From Leucoraja ocellata (lineage: Eukaryota): 64,000 nucleotides of DNA. Positions within the stretch are counted from its first letter, which is position 1, and every line of letters begins with the position of its first letter. Location: NCBI GenBank assembly GCA_036785375.1, contig JAWMAR010000062.1:7440001-7504000 (forward strand), read 5' to 3'. Under the pieces are notes generated by a model. It had not been told where the DNA came from. It searched no databases and saw only the letters and a program-made list of their open reading frames with translations. A program made the translations under genes and the position numbers. Below, piece after piece: positions 13,683 to 25,854 of the stretch.

Positions 13683-14207
13683 CATAGATACAAAGGTACA
13701 TAGAAAATAAGTGCAGGAGAAGGCCATTCGGCCCTTCACGCCATTCAATGTGATCATGCCTGAACATCCACAATCAGTACCCCATTCCTGCCTTCTCCAC
13801 ATATCCCTTGATTCCACTAGCCCTAGGAGCTCGATCTAACTGTCTTTTGGATGCATCCAGTGAATCGGCCTCCACTGCCTTCTGTGGCAGAGAATTCCAC
13901 AAATTCACAACTCTCTGGGTGAAAAGCTTTTTCCTCTTCTCAGTTCTAAATGGCCTATCCCTTTTTCTTCAACTGTGCCCCTGGTTCTGAACTCCCCCAA
14001 CATCAGGACATGTTTCCTGCATCTAGCGTGTCCAATCCCGTAATAATCTTCTATGTTTCTATAAGATTTCCTCTCATCCTTCGAAATTCTAGTGAATACA
14101 AGCTCAGTCATTCCATTCTTTCATCACATGACAGACCCGCCATCCCAGGAATTAACCTTGTGAACCAATGCAGCACTCCCTCAATAGCAAGAATGTCCTT
14201 CCTCAAA
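13683..14207 (-). mobile_element. CR1 LINE 3' fragment (family of 60462-63656)
   Basis: Reverse complement of ~63130-63650. Confidence 0.9.
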
Positions 14208-15051
14208 ATCATTGAGAACTTAATCTCACAAGGTGAAACACCAATTTATCAGCGGACCCCGGAAGGTGCTACATCAAAGGATCACCAATGTTAGTTGCGG
14301 TTCATATTCCTCTAGCTTTTGCCGAAATCCCACCAGTTTATGGTGCTTTCACAAGTGGTTTCAAGCTACTGAAGAGCACATGGAGTGATGTGTGGGTAAA
14401 TGAGGACATCTTCCTGAGTCCCAAAACTGATTTCAAGGCTTCATAGCACTAATGTTCATCATGCGGCGGCGGGCCTGGCCACCCCAAAGAAGGCCCCGAC
14501 GGAAGAAGACATGCAGCAGCCCAGTGCTTACCTGGGCTTACCTGGGTCAAGGGTGCTCCTGTACATCCAGCATATAAACTGGACTTCTGACTTTTCTTTT
14601 GCAAATAGTTCAAAAATATGGCAACAGGTGCAAATATTTCACTGTGCAGTGCGTAGGTGACAATAAAGAACAATTGGACCATTAATAAACCAATAGTTAC
14701 TCTATCAGATAATGCTTGACGTCCTGACAAATATCATAGAATCAACCTGACCTTCAGTTCCTAAAATCCACACTTAACATCAAGTGCTCATCTATGTAAT
14801 TAAAAGTCTCATCTTGACCACTTCCTGTCTGCGCTGTATATTGATTTTAGAATAAACACTACCCTGTATCGCTGTGGTTTTTGGCCATCTTACTCACAGT
14901 CCTCCTCCGCTGAACCAGCCCCAAGGATTTTTCCCATCGATGAAAAATAAAAAAATTATGAGTGTTTAAAAAAACCTTGAGATCAGCTGATTGGTCCTCT
15001 CGCCTGATAATCACTGCAATTAAGGTAATGCTCCTTCTAGGGGGGCAGGAG

Positions 15052-15095
15052 TATAAAACATAAAACCCCGGATGCCTGGACATGAGTCAGTCACT
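15052..15095 (+). promoter_or_regulatory. TATA + Inr-like core promoter in Helitron A
   Basis: TATAAAA at 15052, duplicated as CATAAAA at 15059; TCAGTC with the A at 15089. Confidence 0.4.
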
Positions 15096-15780
15096 CTGCA
15101 AGATCGCGAGGGAGAAGTCACAACTGTCATTCTAAACTGTGAATCAACTGAAATGTGAGTCTGCAATGTATTTGCAATAAATTATTTGTTAGCCCTTAAT
15201 GACAATGCCATGAGTTGTTTGGCCTGCTGCCCTGCCTGTGCTTGAAACTGCAATGCTTTATTTGGTCCGACTGTGTTTGGAAGGAATAAATGCTTTATTA
15301 GGTCCGACTGTGTTTGGAAGGAATAAATGCTTTAATAGGTCCGACAGTGTTTGGAAGGAATAAATGCTTTATTAGGTCCAACTGTGTTTAGTCCAAAATT
15401 CCCTTTCATTTTGTGACTTCCGCTTAGTGACAGGTCGCACTGATTGCGTAATATCGGGTAAGTGCAGAGGTCACGCTGATTGCGTAATTTCCGGTAAGTG
15501 TAGAAGTCACGCTGATCGCAGAAGTGCCGATGACTGCAGAAGCCCCACAGTGGAAAGGCCGGCTCAGCCATGTGAGTAGATTCAAGAAAGTTTACTGTCA
15601 TATATCTGGTGTGTGAGTCATTGTGTGTGTGAGTGTGTGTGTGCGTATGTGTGCGTATGTGAGTGTATGTATGTGAGTGTGAGTGTGTTTGTGTGTGTGA
15701 GTCTGTGTGTGTGTGTGTTAGTGTATCAGTGTGTGTGCGAGTGTGTGTATATTAGTGTGTGTGAATGTAAGTGTGTGTCA

Positions 15781-16200
15781 AGAGTCAAGAGTCAAGAGTC
15801 AATTTATTTGTCATTTGGACCCCTAGAGGTCCAAACGAAATGCCGTTTCTGCAGCCATACATTACACACAAATAGACCCAGACACAACATAATTACAATT
15901 TTACATAAACATCCATCACATAGCTGTGATGGAAGGCCAAAAAAAACTTATCTCTCCACTGCACTCTCCCCCCCCCCCGATGTCAGAGTCAAAGTCAAAG
16001 CCCCCGGCTGGTGATGGCGATTGTCCCGCGGCCATTGAAGCCACGCCGGGTGGTGCGAGGTCGCACACCGGGTCTTGGTGTTGGAGCCCCCGGTGTGCGC
16101 TCGTAAAGTCCCGCAGCCGTTCCAGCCGCGCGGGGCAATGGTGTTAGGCCCTGCATCAGGAGCTCTTCGACCCCGCAACTCGGGCGGGAGAATTCGCCAT
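15781..16200 (-). mobile_element. GC-rich non-autonomous retroelement, 3' part
   Basis: Reverse complement of 33240-33570; (tcttgac)n tail; inserted in the Helitron TG tract. Confidence 0.65.
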
Positions 16201-16558
16201 NNNNNNNNNNNNNNNNNNNNNNNNNNNNNNNNNNNNNNNNNNNNNNNNNNNNNNNNNNNNNNNNNNNNNNNNNNNNNNNNNNNNNNNNNNNNNNNNNNNN
16301 NNNNNNNNNNNNNNNNNNNNNNNNNNNNNNNNNNNNNNNNNNNNNNNNNNNNNNNNNNNNNNNNNNNNNNNNNNNNNNNNNNNNNNNNNNNNNNNNNNNN
16401 NNNNNNNNNNNNNNNNNNNNNNNNNNNNNNNNNNNNNNNNNNNNNNNNNNNNNNNNNNNNNNNNNNNNNNNNNNNNNNNNNNNNNNNNNNNNNNNNNNNN
16501 NNNNNNNNNNNNNNNNNNNNNNNNNNNNNNNNNNNNNNNNNNNNNNNNNNNNNNNNNN
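16201..16558. other. Assembly gap
   Basis: Run of N. Confidence 1.
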
Positions 16559-17211
16559 ATATTGCGTTGGGGGACCAGCCCTCCCGCGTGAAGCTGGGAC
16601 TCAATGGGTCCCACTTAGTCTATTCCTTACTAATCCCATTTCTTCTCTCACATCTCCATCCCCTCCTAAATTCTACTGCCATCTCCACCTTCAGTCATAT
16701 AAAGTGTAAACTCTGCATAGACCACATACAAGGACCAGATGAGACCTGGGTGGGTGGTTCTGGGAGGCAACAGTGCTAACCACTGTGCCATTGTGCTGGG
16801 GCAAGCTGCCACATTCACTCCAGATTCTGCATATATCCACTGTGCCATGTACATTTGACTCACACGCAGGCACAAAAATAAATGGGCAATATTGTGGGTT
16901 AGTGATGACCTAGCGACTGACCCACATACATACAAAATGCACACAATGGAAGTTATGTTGCCATGTGTGTGAAAGGCAGAGCCATGGTGTGCTGAAGTTG
17001 CCTGAACTGCTCGGAGGGAACAATGAAGTATTTGTTGAAGTGCATGTGAAGATTCTGTTTGTTATGCAGCACAGGCATCATACCAGGAAACTATTTGGCA
17101 TCAGCTAGACACATGCAGCTCTGAAAAGAGGAGGAGGGGGTGAAATAGGAAGCAGGCAATCAAGGAAACCCCCTTTTGGTTTAAGTTGCCGGAGCAGAAG
17201 TCATCTGATTA

Positions 17212-17785
17212 TCTATATAATTACAAGTCTAAACTTGACCACTTCCTGTTTGCACTCTATATTGATTTTAGAAAAAAATGCTACTACTTACGGCTGTGAT
17301 TTTTGGCCATCTTACTCAGAGTCCCCCTCCAGCTGTCAGGGCAAGAGGATTTTTCCCATCGATGAAAAAGAAAAGACTTATTAATGTTTAAGTTTGTTGA
17401 GATTCTCTCCTGTCAATCACGCCATGAAGGCCACACCCTTTCCGGTGGGAGGGGGAGGGACTATAAAACCCGTAAGTGTGGATGTGCCTCAGTCGCTGCA
17501 AGATGGGTGAGCGAGAGGTCACAGATCTCTGTCTGAGCTGTGAATCAACTGAACACTGAACACATGTGTACTAAACTGTGAGTGTGGTTTTACTGACCTG
17601 TGAGTGCCCTTAATTTAGTTTGAAAATGAAGTTTGAAAATGAAAATGTGGTTGGTTTGAAAAGAAAATGTGGTTTGTTTGAAAAGGCATATGTGGTTGTT
17701 TTGGGGTAGAGCGGTAAGGGGGTGGGGGAGAGAGCGATGGGGGTGGGAGAAGTATGGGGAGGAGAGGAAGAGGGGTGAGGAGAGG
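17212..17785 (+). mobile_element. Helitron family A 5' part
   Basis: A|TCTATATAATTACAAGTCTAAACTTGACCACTTCCTG; closely similar to 28218-28620; cut by a CR1. Confidence 0.75.
17446..17496 (+). promoter_or_regulatory. GC-box/TATA/Inr-like core promoter in Helitron A
   Basis: GGGAGGGGGAGGG, TATAAAA at 17462, and CTCAGTC with the A at 17491 (29 nt downstream). Confidence 0.5.
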
Positions 17786-18272
17786 GAAACATAGAAACAT
17801 AGAAATTAGGTGCAGGAGTAGGCCATTCGGCCCTTCGAGCCTGCACCGCCTTTCAATATGATCATGGCTGATCATCCAACTCAATATCCTGTACCTGCCT
17901 TCTCTCCATACCCCCTGATCCTTTTAGCCACAAGAGCCACATCTAACTCCCACAAATATAGCCAATGAACTGGCCTCAACTACCTTCTGTGGCAGAGAAT
18001 TCCAGAGATTCACCACTGTGTGAAAAATGTTTTTCTCATCTCGGTCCTAAAAGATTTCCCCCATATCCTTAAACTGTGACCCCTTGTTCTGGACTTCCCC
18101 AACATCGGGAATAATCTTCCTGCATCTAGCCTGTCCAGCCTGTTAAGAATTTTGTAAATTTCTATAAGATCCCCCCTCAATCTTCTAAATTCTAGCGAGT
18201 TCAAGCCGAGTCTATCCAGTCTTTCTTCATAAGACAGTCCTGACATCCCAGGAATCAGTCTGGTGAACCTTC
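17786..18272 (-). mobile_element. CR1 LINE 3' fragment (another CR1 piece at 19005-19080)
   Basis: RFTRLIPGMSGLSYEERLDRLGL...; (catagaaa)n tail. Confidence 0.92.
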
Positions 18273-18289
18273 CTCCCCCCAACCCCCCG

Positions 18290-19004
18290 GTTATTCAAAA
18301 GACATAGAAAGAAAGAACGTCGGGCCCTGTACTCACCCTGGGTCGGCGCATGATGGGGAGGCTGCTGCCAAAGGCAGAGGCCAGCGAATGGAGCTGGAGC
18401 TGGAGCTCGTGCTAGAGCGGGAGTATTGCATTCGGGAACTAGTGACACCGCATGTCCCCCCCACCCTCAAACTCTACCCTTCTCCCTCTCTGCCCACCCA
18501 CCCCTCAAACTCTACCTCCGCTCCCTCTCTGCCCCCCTCCCTCTCCCTCTCTGCCCCCCAGCTCTGCCCCCGATCCCTCTCAGCCAACCCACCCCCTCTG
18601 CTTCTGCCCTCTTCCCTCTGACTTCTGCCCTCTGCCTCTGCCCCCCGCCCTCCCTCTGCCCCCGCCTTTCCTCTGCCCCCACCCTCCCTCTGCTCCTGCC
18701 CTCTCTCTCCCTCTCCCTCTCTAGCCGTGCCTGCGAGTTGAGGGCTATGTGTGAGTGGATATGGTGGGGAATGAGGTAAATGGAGCGAATATNNNNNNNN
18801 NNNNNNNNNNNNNNNNNNNNNNNNNNNNNNNNNNNNNNNNNNNNNNNNNNNNNNNNNNNNNNNNNNNNNNNNNNNNNNNNNNNNNNNNNNNNNNNNNNNN
18901 NNNNNNNNNNNNNNNNNNNNNNNNNNNNNNNNNNNNNNNNNNNNNNNNNNNNNNCGCCGCAGGCTGCCCCCCCCTTGCAACTGTGCACTGTGGGGACGGG
19001 ACGG
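18290..19004 (+). mobile_element. Helitron family B internal/3' fragment
   Basis: Collinear with 31250-31975: captured GC segment, CT-rich tract and ctagccgtgcctgcgagttg motif; gap at 18793-18954. Confidence 0.65.
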
Positions 19005-19309
19005 AGCACAATAATCTAAATGTGGCCTCACCAACGTCTTATATAACAGCAACATGACCTCCCAACTTTTATACTCAGCTCCAAACTTCTGTACTGTTAC
19101 TTTGTGTTACATTCAGTGGTTTGTGTACATACAAAATGCTGCAGGCAGTTTGCACACACAGCAGTATGGTAATGATAATGAATCTACTTTAATCAAATTG
19201 ATTGAAAAGTTTTTCTTTATCCCTGAGAGAACACCTCTGCTGATGTTCCAAATAGTGCTCTGGGTTCGGTTAGAATTTTAATTGCTTCAAATAATTTCAT
19301 CTGTATTTG

Positions 19310-19590
19310 TCATAGAGTCATCTGGATTGGAAACAGGCCATTCAACCCACTAGCTCCATGCTGAACCTCAAGTGCCTGTTTATATTAATTACACATATTT
19401 TGCAGCAGTTATTTAACCCACCAACCTGCACATCTTTGTGATGTGGGAGGAAGCTGGAGCACCTGGGGGAAATTCACACACACACAGGGTAAATATGCAA
19501 AAACCTAACAAAAACAGGGCTTGAGATTGGAACCAAAACTGGTTCACTGATACTGTGAGGCAGCAGCTCTACAAGCTGTCTTAATGTAGC
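19310..19590 (-). mobile_element. Degenerate V-SINE/HE1-like SINE
   Basis: Collinear with 52846-53157. Confidence 0.6.
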
Positions 19591-19747
19591 ACCAAAAATG
19601 TTTCTGAGGACATTAAAGATTAAATTTGACATTAAATCACAACCATGTACCAGAATGGAGGACCAGAAACTTGATTAAAATGGTAGGTTTTGGGATATGG
19701 GGACTAAAAGAATATACAGTATCAATAGAGCAGGATAGATAGCTTAA

Positions 19748-20203
19748 AGGGCCTGTCCCACATGGCTGTCATTTGCGTTTCATTTACGCGTCATAGGTAA
19801 AATAGGTTGTCGCGTTGTGACGCACGGGTAGCATGTGGGTAGCGCGGGACGGGTGCATGGAGAGGCCTGGAGGAGTGTGGAGTTGCGCGCGGTACGGAAT
19901 CCTTGTGCGCCACCTGCGTGACTTATCGCATATGCATGCTGAAGCATTGGGTATGCATGGTGACGCATTGGCATCGCACGCTGCGTCCCAACGTCTCACG
20001 TGTATCACGTGGTGATGCATGATTACAACACCGTGCGTAACCATGTGTCGCCGCGCACCGCAGGGTATTCTAATGATATCACACACACCAGACTGCATGA
20101 TAACGCGTGATTTGCGTGCGACGTCATGCGTAATGATGCGTCGACCTATTTTACATATGACGCATAAATGAGACGCAAATGACGGCCAAGTGGGACAGGC
20201 CCT
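19748..20203. mobile_element. PIF/Harbinger-type MITE
   Basis: TIR AGGGCCTGTCCCAC...GTGGGACAGGCCCT, extended ~60 bp; TAA TSD at 19745-19747 and 20204-20206. Confidence 0.88.
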
Positions 20204-20209
20204 TAAATT

Positions 20210-20765
20210 TCAGGTTGGAACCATTCTTCTGACATGGAGCAGGAGGGAGAAAGCTGATATAGAGGTGTAGGAATGGAGCAAAGCCTGGCAAGTGATAGGG
20301 AGATACTAATAAGGGGAATGGTTGACAGATGGGTGAAGTTAGTGACAATGGATGGTGGTGAAATGGAAATTAGTGTTAGAGAAGGAAGGAAGAAAATGAG
20401 TGAAATATAAAGTTGGAGGAAGAGATATGGGTGGAAGGAGGCATGATTAAGGTGAAAAAGTGGTATACAAGGGAATTGGGGGACACAGAGTGGGGAGGGA
20501 TTGGGGATAAATAGGAGTAAGGAACAAAGTGATAGGGTGGTGGGAGGGGAATTATAAGTGGCGTGGGGAATATTACTTGAAATTGGGAAATTTAATGCTC
20601 ATCTTTTCCAGCTATCTCACCCCAATTCCATCAGTCTGAATTAATGTCCTGATTGAAATGTTACATATCCACATCACTACATTGGTGCAGCCTGACCCAT
20701 TGAGGTCAGGCAGTACTTTGCTTTTAGCTCATGATTCCAGCATCTGCATGGTCTAGTGCCTCCAA
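20210..20765 (-). mobile_element. Old Penelope-like 3' fragment with inverted terminus
   Basis: Minus strand MSIKFPNFK* at ~20573-20602 matches the GMNFDFSHFR* end at 32917; purine-rich UTR; inverted tail at 20630-20765. Confidence 0.55.
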
Positions 20766-21155
20766 CGAGAGGAATATGTAGTGTAATGTTGAGAGCTGTG
20801 GCTTCCAATGATAGATCAGTTAAATTTGGAGATAAACAGGAGGCAGGACATAGAGATGTGAGGGTGTCATAGGGCTGAAGTTTACAGATGAGCGTTCAGC
20901 TAATTCAATTTTATTTCTCGTACAAAAGACCTCTCTTTAAAAGCTTGTGATCAAAAGTGCATGAATGGATCATGCATGGGAAAATAAAATTCTGCTGTAT
21001 TGTTCAGAAAAACTTCAGAGAAATCTTGTGTTCCTCCCTTTGATCCTGCCTTGGTGCTTCATCCATTCTTCATTACAGCACTGACCGCAGTGCCTTGAGC
21101 TGTTTTTCTTCCTCATGCCCTTTATAAAGGGTAAGTCTTTTTATTCTGAGACTAA

Positions 21156-22079
21156 TGGGCCTGTCCCACTTAGGTGACTTTTTAGGCGACTACAGGAAAC
21201 AATGGTCACCACATGTTCGCGGGTAGTTGCTGGGCAGTCGCCTTCATGGTCTTGAGGAGTTCCCGCATTCTGGGAACTAGTCGTGGCCTCATTATGTTAG
21301 CCGTAAATTTTTCAACATGTTGAAAAATTAGCAGTGACTAGAATGATCCGCCATGGAGAGTAGCAAGAATTCTCGTGCCATAGTTGGGTGGCCAGGAGTT
21401 CCTAGTGGATTGCCAGGAGGTCAAAGGTTCTCGTAGGTTGTAGCCAGTGGTGACCCATGAATTTCATTGGCTCATTTGGAAAAAAACCCATAAGCAGTAG
21501 TTTTCAGAACCAAGGATAACCGACCAGTAATGTTAATGTCCACTGAGCTTTACAGCTGTGTATCTCTTGCTTCTTAAAAATTGTATCCACTGCTTCTCAC
21601 CCCTTTCTGGTCGCCGCTAGATTTTGAAATGTTCAAAAATTTTCAGCAACAATCGGCGACCGTGGGCTTGTCGTAAGTTTAACTTCTCCTGACGTTGGTG
21701 CTGTCGTAGGTTGTCGCCAGGATGACGTAGGTTGTCGCCGGTGCTGTCTTTGGCGAATTTCATTGGCGACTACCTACATCATCCTACATCAACTGCCGAC
21801 TGGTACTGGCGACTGAATTGTCTTACCTTGTCGTAGCCTGTCGTGGGTGGATGTGGGTGGACATAGGTTGTCGTAGGTGTGGTCATAGGTGGACGTCCTA
21901 ATGGGTCGCCGGTTGTCAGTAGCTTGCCGTAGCTTGACGTTGACCAGGTGGTAGGTTGTTGTAGACATTGTCGTAAACATTGTCTTAAGGGGGTCCCGTC
22001 GCTGGTTTCTCAGTGACCTGCTACGACTACGACAGTCGCCGGCAGTCGCCGAAAAAATCGCCTCAGTGGGTCAGACCCA
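21156..22079. mobile_element. PIF/Harbinger-type MITE (long)
   Basis: TGGGCCTGTCCCACTTAGG...CCTCAGTGGGTCAGACCCA; TAA TSD at 21153-21155 and 22080-22082; gtcgtag-rich interior. Confidence 0.85.
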
Positions 22080-22782
22080 TAAGGGCTTTTTTGTTAAAGA
22101 TACTGTTTAAATTCTTATTGTTACCAAACAAAATCAAAATCAGTCATGACAAACCTCTCGAAACAAATGTCGTGCCAAAGTTCCAGAGGAAGTATTTAAT
22201 AATTTTGTCCAAAGGGTTAATACAATTTATTATGTTAGCAATTCTAAATAAATACAAGTTGATCTTGTTGCTGTCAGGGATGAAATATAAAAAATTCAAA
22301 ATGTTAAATACACAGTAATTGGAAATCATAATTTGCGAATTTTGATAAGCCTTTCTAACGGAATTATTTTGATAAAAACTTCACTGTATAAACTTTTGAT
22401 TTCAAAGAATATTGTATTTATAATTTGAAAAAAAATCTAATAAATGGATATTTAATAACAAGTAAAAATTGGAGAGCTAATTCGTCTTTGTCACCAAGCG
22501 TCAATAGTAATCAAAGAGATATGGCAAACTTTAAATGTTAGAAATGTTTACCCTTTTCATACGCATAACTCCTTGATTTATATTGGTATGGTGTAACATT
22601 TTGATTAAGCAAACAGTAGATTAATCTTGTGCCTGAGGCCTCCTGAGAATGTTAATGAAACAAAAGAAAATTATTTGAACCGGGGTTTTTTACTGAGAAT
22701 TTATTTAGAATACATAACTAATATTTTAATATAATTGTTTTCATTGGATTTTAAAGGAAATATAACATATCCAGATGATTGT

Positions 22783-22970
22783 GGTTGCACAGTGTCGTAA
22801 TGGTAGAATTGCTGCCTTACAGCCAGAGACATAGGTTTGATCCTGACTACAGGTGCTGTCTGTACAGCTTGTACATCTCCCTGTGACCGCATGGGTTTTC
22901 TCCAGGAGCACCGCTCCCCGACTCGTTGGGCAGAAGGGCCTGTTTCCTCGCTGTATCTTTAAAGTAAAGT
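22783..22970 (+). mobile_element. Internally deleted HE1/V-SINE-like SINE
   Basis: B box GGTTTGATCC and tail gggcctgtttcctcgctgtatc. Confidence 0.7.
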
Positions 22971-23059
22971 ATAGACATTATTTCAGGATGACCAGTAAGA
23001 AATGGAGCTGGAAGATGATCTTGCAAAGGAATATTGCCATTTTAAATAACTAGGCAAAT

Positions 23060-23560
23060 CTGCAGCAAACTGACCTCGGAAGATTATGCTCATCGATTAT
23101 GGACAATGGGAGTGTTTTCTACTAAATGGTGAGGAACTAAGAATGTGCAAAAATCATTAAAAGCCAGTTGAGAAGTACAAAAGGAAAGGAAAGGCTAATG
23201 GAACATTGAAATTATTTCAAACAGACAATGATACCTCAGTTGGATGTTTGCAAGTCAGAGTTCAGCATTATTTTTGGACCATGGTACCTGGGGGGCTACT
23301 TTTACCTTGCAGAGTAAGAACAAAGAAAATTGATTTTGGAGGCTTGAACTAAGCTTGATTTGTTTGTATCCCTCTGAGAGTAGAAGAGAGGTGATCTCAT
23401 GGAGGTGCTACAAAAAGATGCAAATGCTTTTCAATGAGTCAGATAATGAAAGAATATTTTCTGATGGAGAACTATATATTTTTTAAATTAAAGCTGAGCC
23501 ATTCAGCAATGAAATTAGAAAGAACTACTTTACACCTATAATTAAACCTTAAATTGGATA
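23060..23560 (+). mobile_element. Very old CR1 3' remnant
   Basis: Weak collinearity with the CR1 ORF2 3' part (aaaggctaatggaa, gaggtgatctcat). Confidence 0.45.
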
Positions 23561-23564
23561 GCAT

Positions 23565-23810
23565 TGAGGTCCAAATTGCTTCTGTCCTGTCAGATGGATG
23601 TACAGTATAAAGCTCAGACTACTTTCAAAGCGGCACAGCTAAGTTCTCCCCGATGCCTTGGGCAATATTTATCCTTTGACCATCATCATGGATGAGGAGT
23701 TTTGTCGACTTTCAATGTAATTAATATATCTGGTGCTTTGACATTTACAGGCAGTTTTTTTTTGCATCATGATAGCATCTAGACTTCAAAAGTAGTAAAT
23801 GTGTTGTCCA
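23565..23810 (+). mobile_element. DeuSINE (SacSINE1-like) fragment
   Basis: gttctccccgatgccttgggcaatatttatcc resembles the Deu domain; related copy on minus at 32170-32490. Confidence 0.5.
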
Positions 23811-25139
23811 CATATCTAGTAATACAGATGGATAGTTGATGGTTGGCATAGCCAAGGTGGGCCAAAAGGCCTGCTTGGTGCTATTTGACTCAAATGATTT
23901 TTAAAAAGTGCAACATTCTTATGTGGCTTATTAAAAAATCGGCTTCATTTCATGTTGCCGTGCTTAAGTAGCAAATGAACAATTTCACCTGATGCTCCAG
24001 AGTCCATTGTAGTGAAACATAATATTGGAAACAATTTAAATACCATTCCCCAATGCACTTTGAGATAACTGGTTCTTTTAAGAATGTTCTTACTGGGGAT
24101 CAAATTTTGGCACCAGACAGAAAACATGGAAAGGATCAATAATCTGCAGCAATGTGGGATGAAGGGCATACAATAGATAAATACGCTCCACCGGCTATAC
24201 CTATATTAATGTTGGACAATGAAATATATATATTTGTAATATGGCTGGAAGAAACACCAAAGCAATGTCAACCCAGTTCACCTCTTCCTTATTGATATCA
24301 ACATGCCCTAGAATATCAGCATAACCTCACTACTCTCCATGAGAGGTTGGACAGACTTGGATTATTTCCTTCTCATAGTAAGCCTCTTTGTTCAGTTTTT
24401 CATCTCTAACCTTAAATCCCTTAAGTAAAGAAGCAGCTCAGAGGGCAAGTAGCACTGGAGATCTCAAATGCAAAGTTGACATTATTGTGCCAAGATCAAT
24501 TTGTATTTTCACCAATTTGCAGTGCAAAAATAATATGAACTAAAAGACGAGGTTAAAAAGTGCATCTCAACACATTTGTCACAACATGCACTATTCCAGC
24601 AATTTCTAGACCAATGCATATAAATGTGCCATCTGCGTATGTAATTCTGTGTGAAGTTACAGAAATGCAATAGATGTGACAGATTTGATGAAAAGTAACA
24701 GTGTTAAGGAAATGCAATGAAATGTAACTCTAAAGAAAAGTCAGTTTATGAATGCCCTGTTGGAGCAAGGCATTCTGCACTATTCAGGCACATGAAAATT
24801 GACTGAAGAATTATTCTTTAATTTTCTAATGGAAGCAAACTAAAAATCTTATTCTTTTAATTAATAAATATAAATGAAAGGCACAGCTCAGGAAATCATC
24901 ACAATTAATATGACATGAAAAGTTAAGTAGCTATTCATTGGTGTTTACAGCCTTTAGAGCCGAAAGGAGAGGTTCCATAACTTTGCATTTCAATTTTCTT
25001 TATTGTTTGAAACTAGGGTCTTTTTATTATGTTCAATAGCTTGGTCAAGTGAAAGAAGTAGTTATGCACTTATAAGCAAGTTATAAGCAAGGACATTGGA
25101 CCTATTGGCTCTGAAAAAAAAAATTCCTTTCAAATCCCA

Positions 25140-25820
25140 CATGATGTGTAATTCGACTGGACACTTATTGGGGTGCATTTGGACTATTGTGTGCAGTTAA
25201 GGTTGTCACTCTAAAGGAAGGATGTGATTAAGCTAGAGAGGATGTAGAAAGGATTTGTAAAGATGTTGCCTGGATTGGAGGGTTTGGGTTATCAGGAGGA
25301 TTTAAATAAGCTTAGTCTGTTTTCTCTGGAACAAAGGGGTTTGACAGGTGACATGATATATAGATACTCAAAGCGGGAGTAACTCAGCGAGACAGGCAGC
25401 ATCTCTGGAGTGAGGGAATGGGTGACGTTTTGGGTCGAGACCCTTCTTCAGACTGAAAGTCAGGGGAGAGGGAAACTGGAGATATGGAAGTGTAAGGTGA
25501 AAATGACAGATCAAAGCAGACAATAACATTCCTTTGTTCAACATTTGATCTGATCTATCGTTTTCACACCTTACTCTTCCACATCTCTAGTTTCGCTCTC
25601 CCTTGATTCACAGTCTGAAGAAAGGTCTCGACCAGAAATGGTACCCATACCTTCACTCCAGCGATGCTGTCTGTCCCGCTGAGTTATTCAAGCATGTTGT
25701 GTCTATCTTTGGTGTAAATCAGCATCTGCAGTTCCTTCCTACTAGGTGACATGATATATAAAATGATGAGAGGCATGGATAGGGTAGATAGCCAGTGTCT
25801 TTTACCTATAGTGAGGTTTT
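25140..25820 (+). mobile_element. CR1 3' fragment interrupted by an insertion
   Basis: LDYCVQ...RKDVIKLERM...MLPGLEGLGYQE...LFSLEQRGL.GDMI-like translation. Confidence 0.7.
25363..25743. mobile_element. Palindromic Penelope-derived element with 17-bp TSD and two hammerhead-like motifs
   Basis: TSD aggtgacatgatatata at 25346-25362 and 25744-25760; inverted arms; CTGAAGA cores at ~25424-25451 (minus) and from 25615 (plus). Confidence 0.8.
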
Positions 25821-25854
25821 TTCTTTTGTTCAAAGACTTTGGGGGTTTCAGTCT

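Larger units (their letters stand above)
14791..16623 (+). mobile_element. Non-autonomous Helitron-like element, family A, both ends present
   Basis: A|TC start at 14791; GGGACTCAATGGGTCCC hairpin at 16596-16612, then CTAT|T (variant of CTAG); no TSD; internal ~37-bp and TG repeats; spans an assembly gap. Confidence 0.75.

Noticed and set aside
15948-16779. Long ORFs spanning N runs (also ~18500-19050, 27365-27885 and 29172-29801)
   Set aside because: Artefacts of assembly gaps.
21000-21140. Donor-like AAGG|GTAAGT at 21131
   Set aside because: No convincing upstream coding frame or recognisable peptide.
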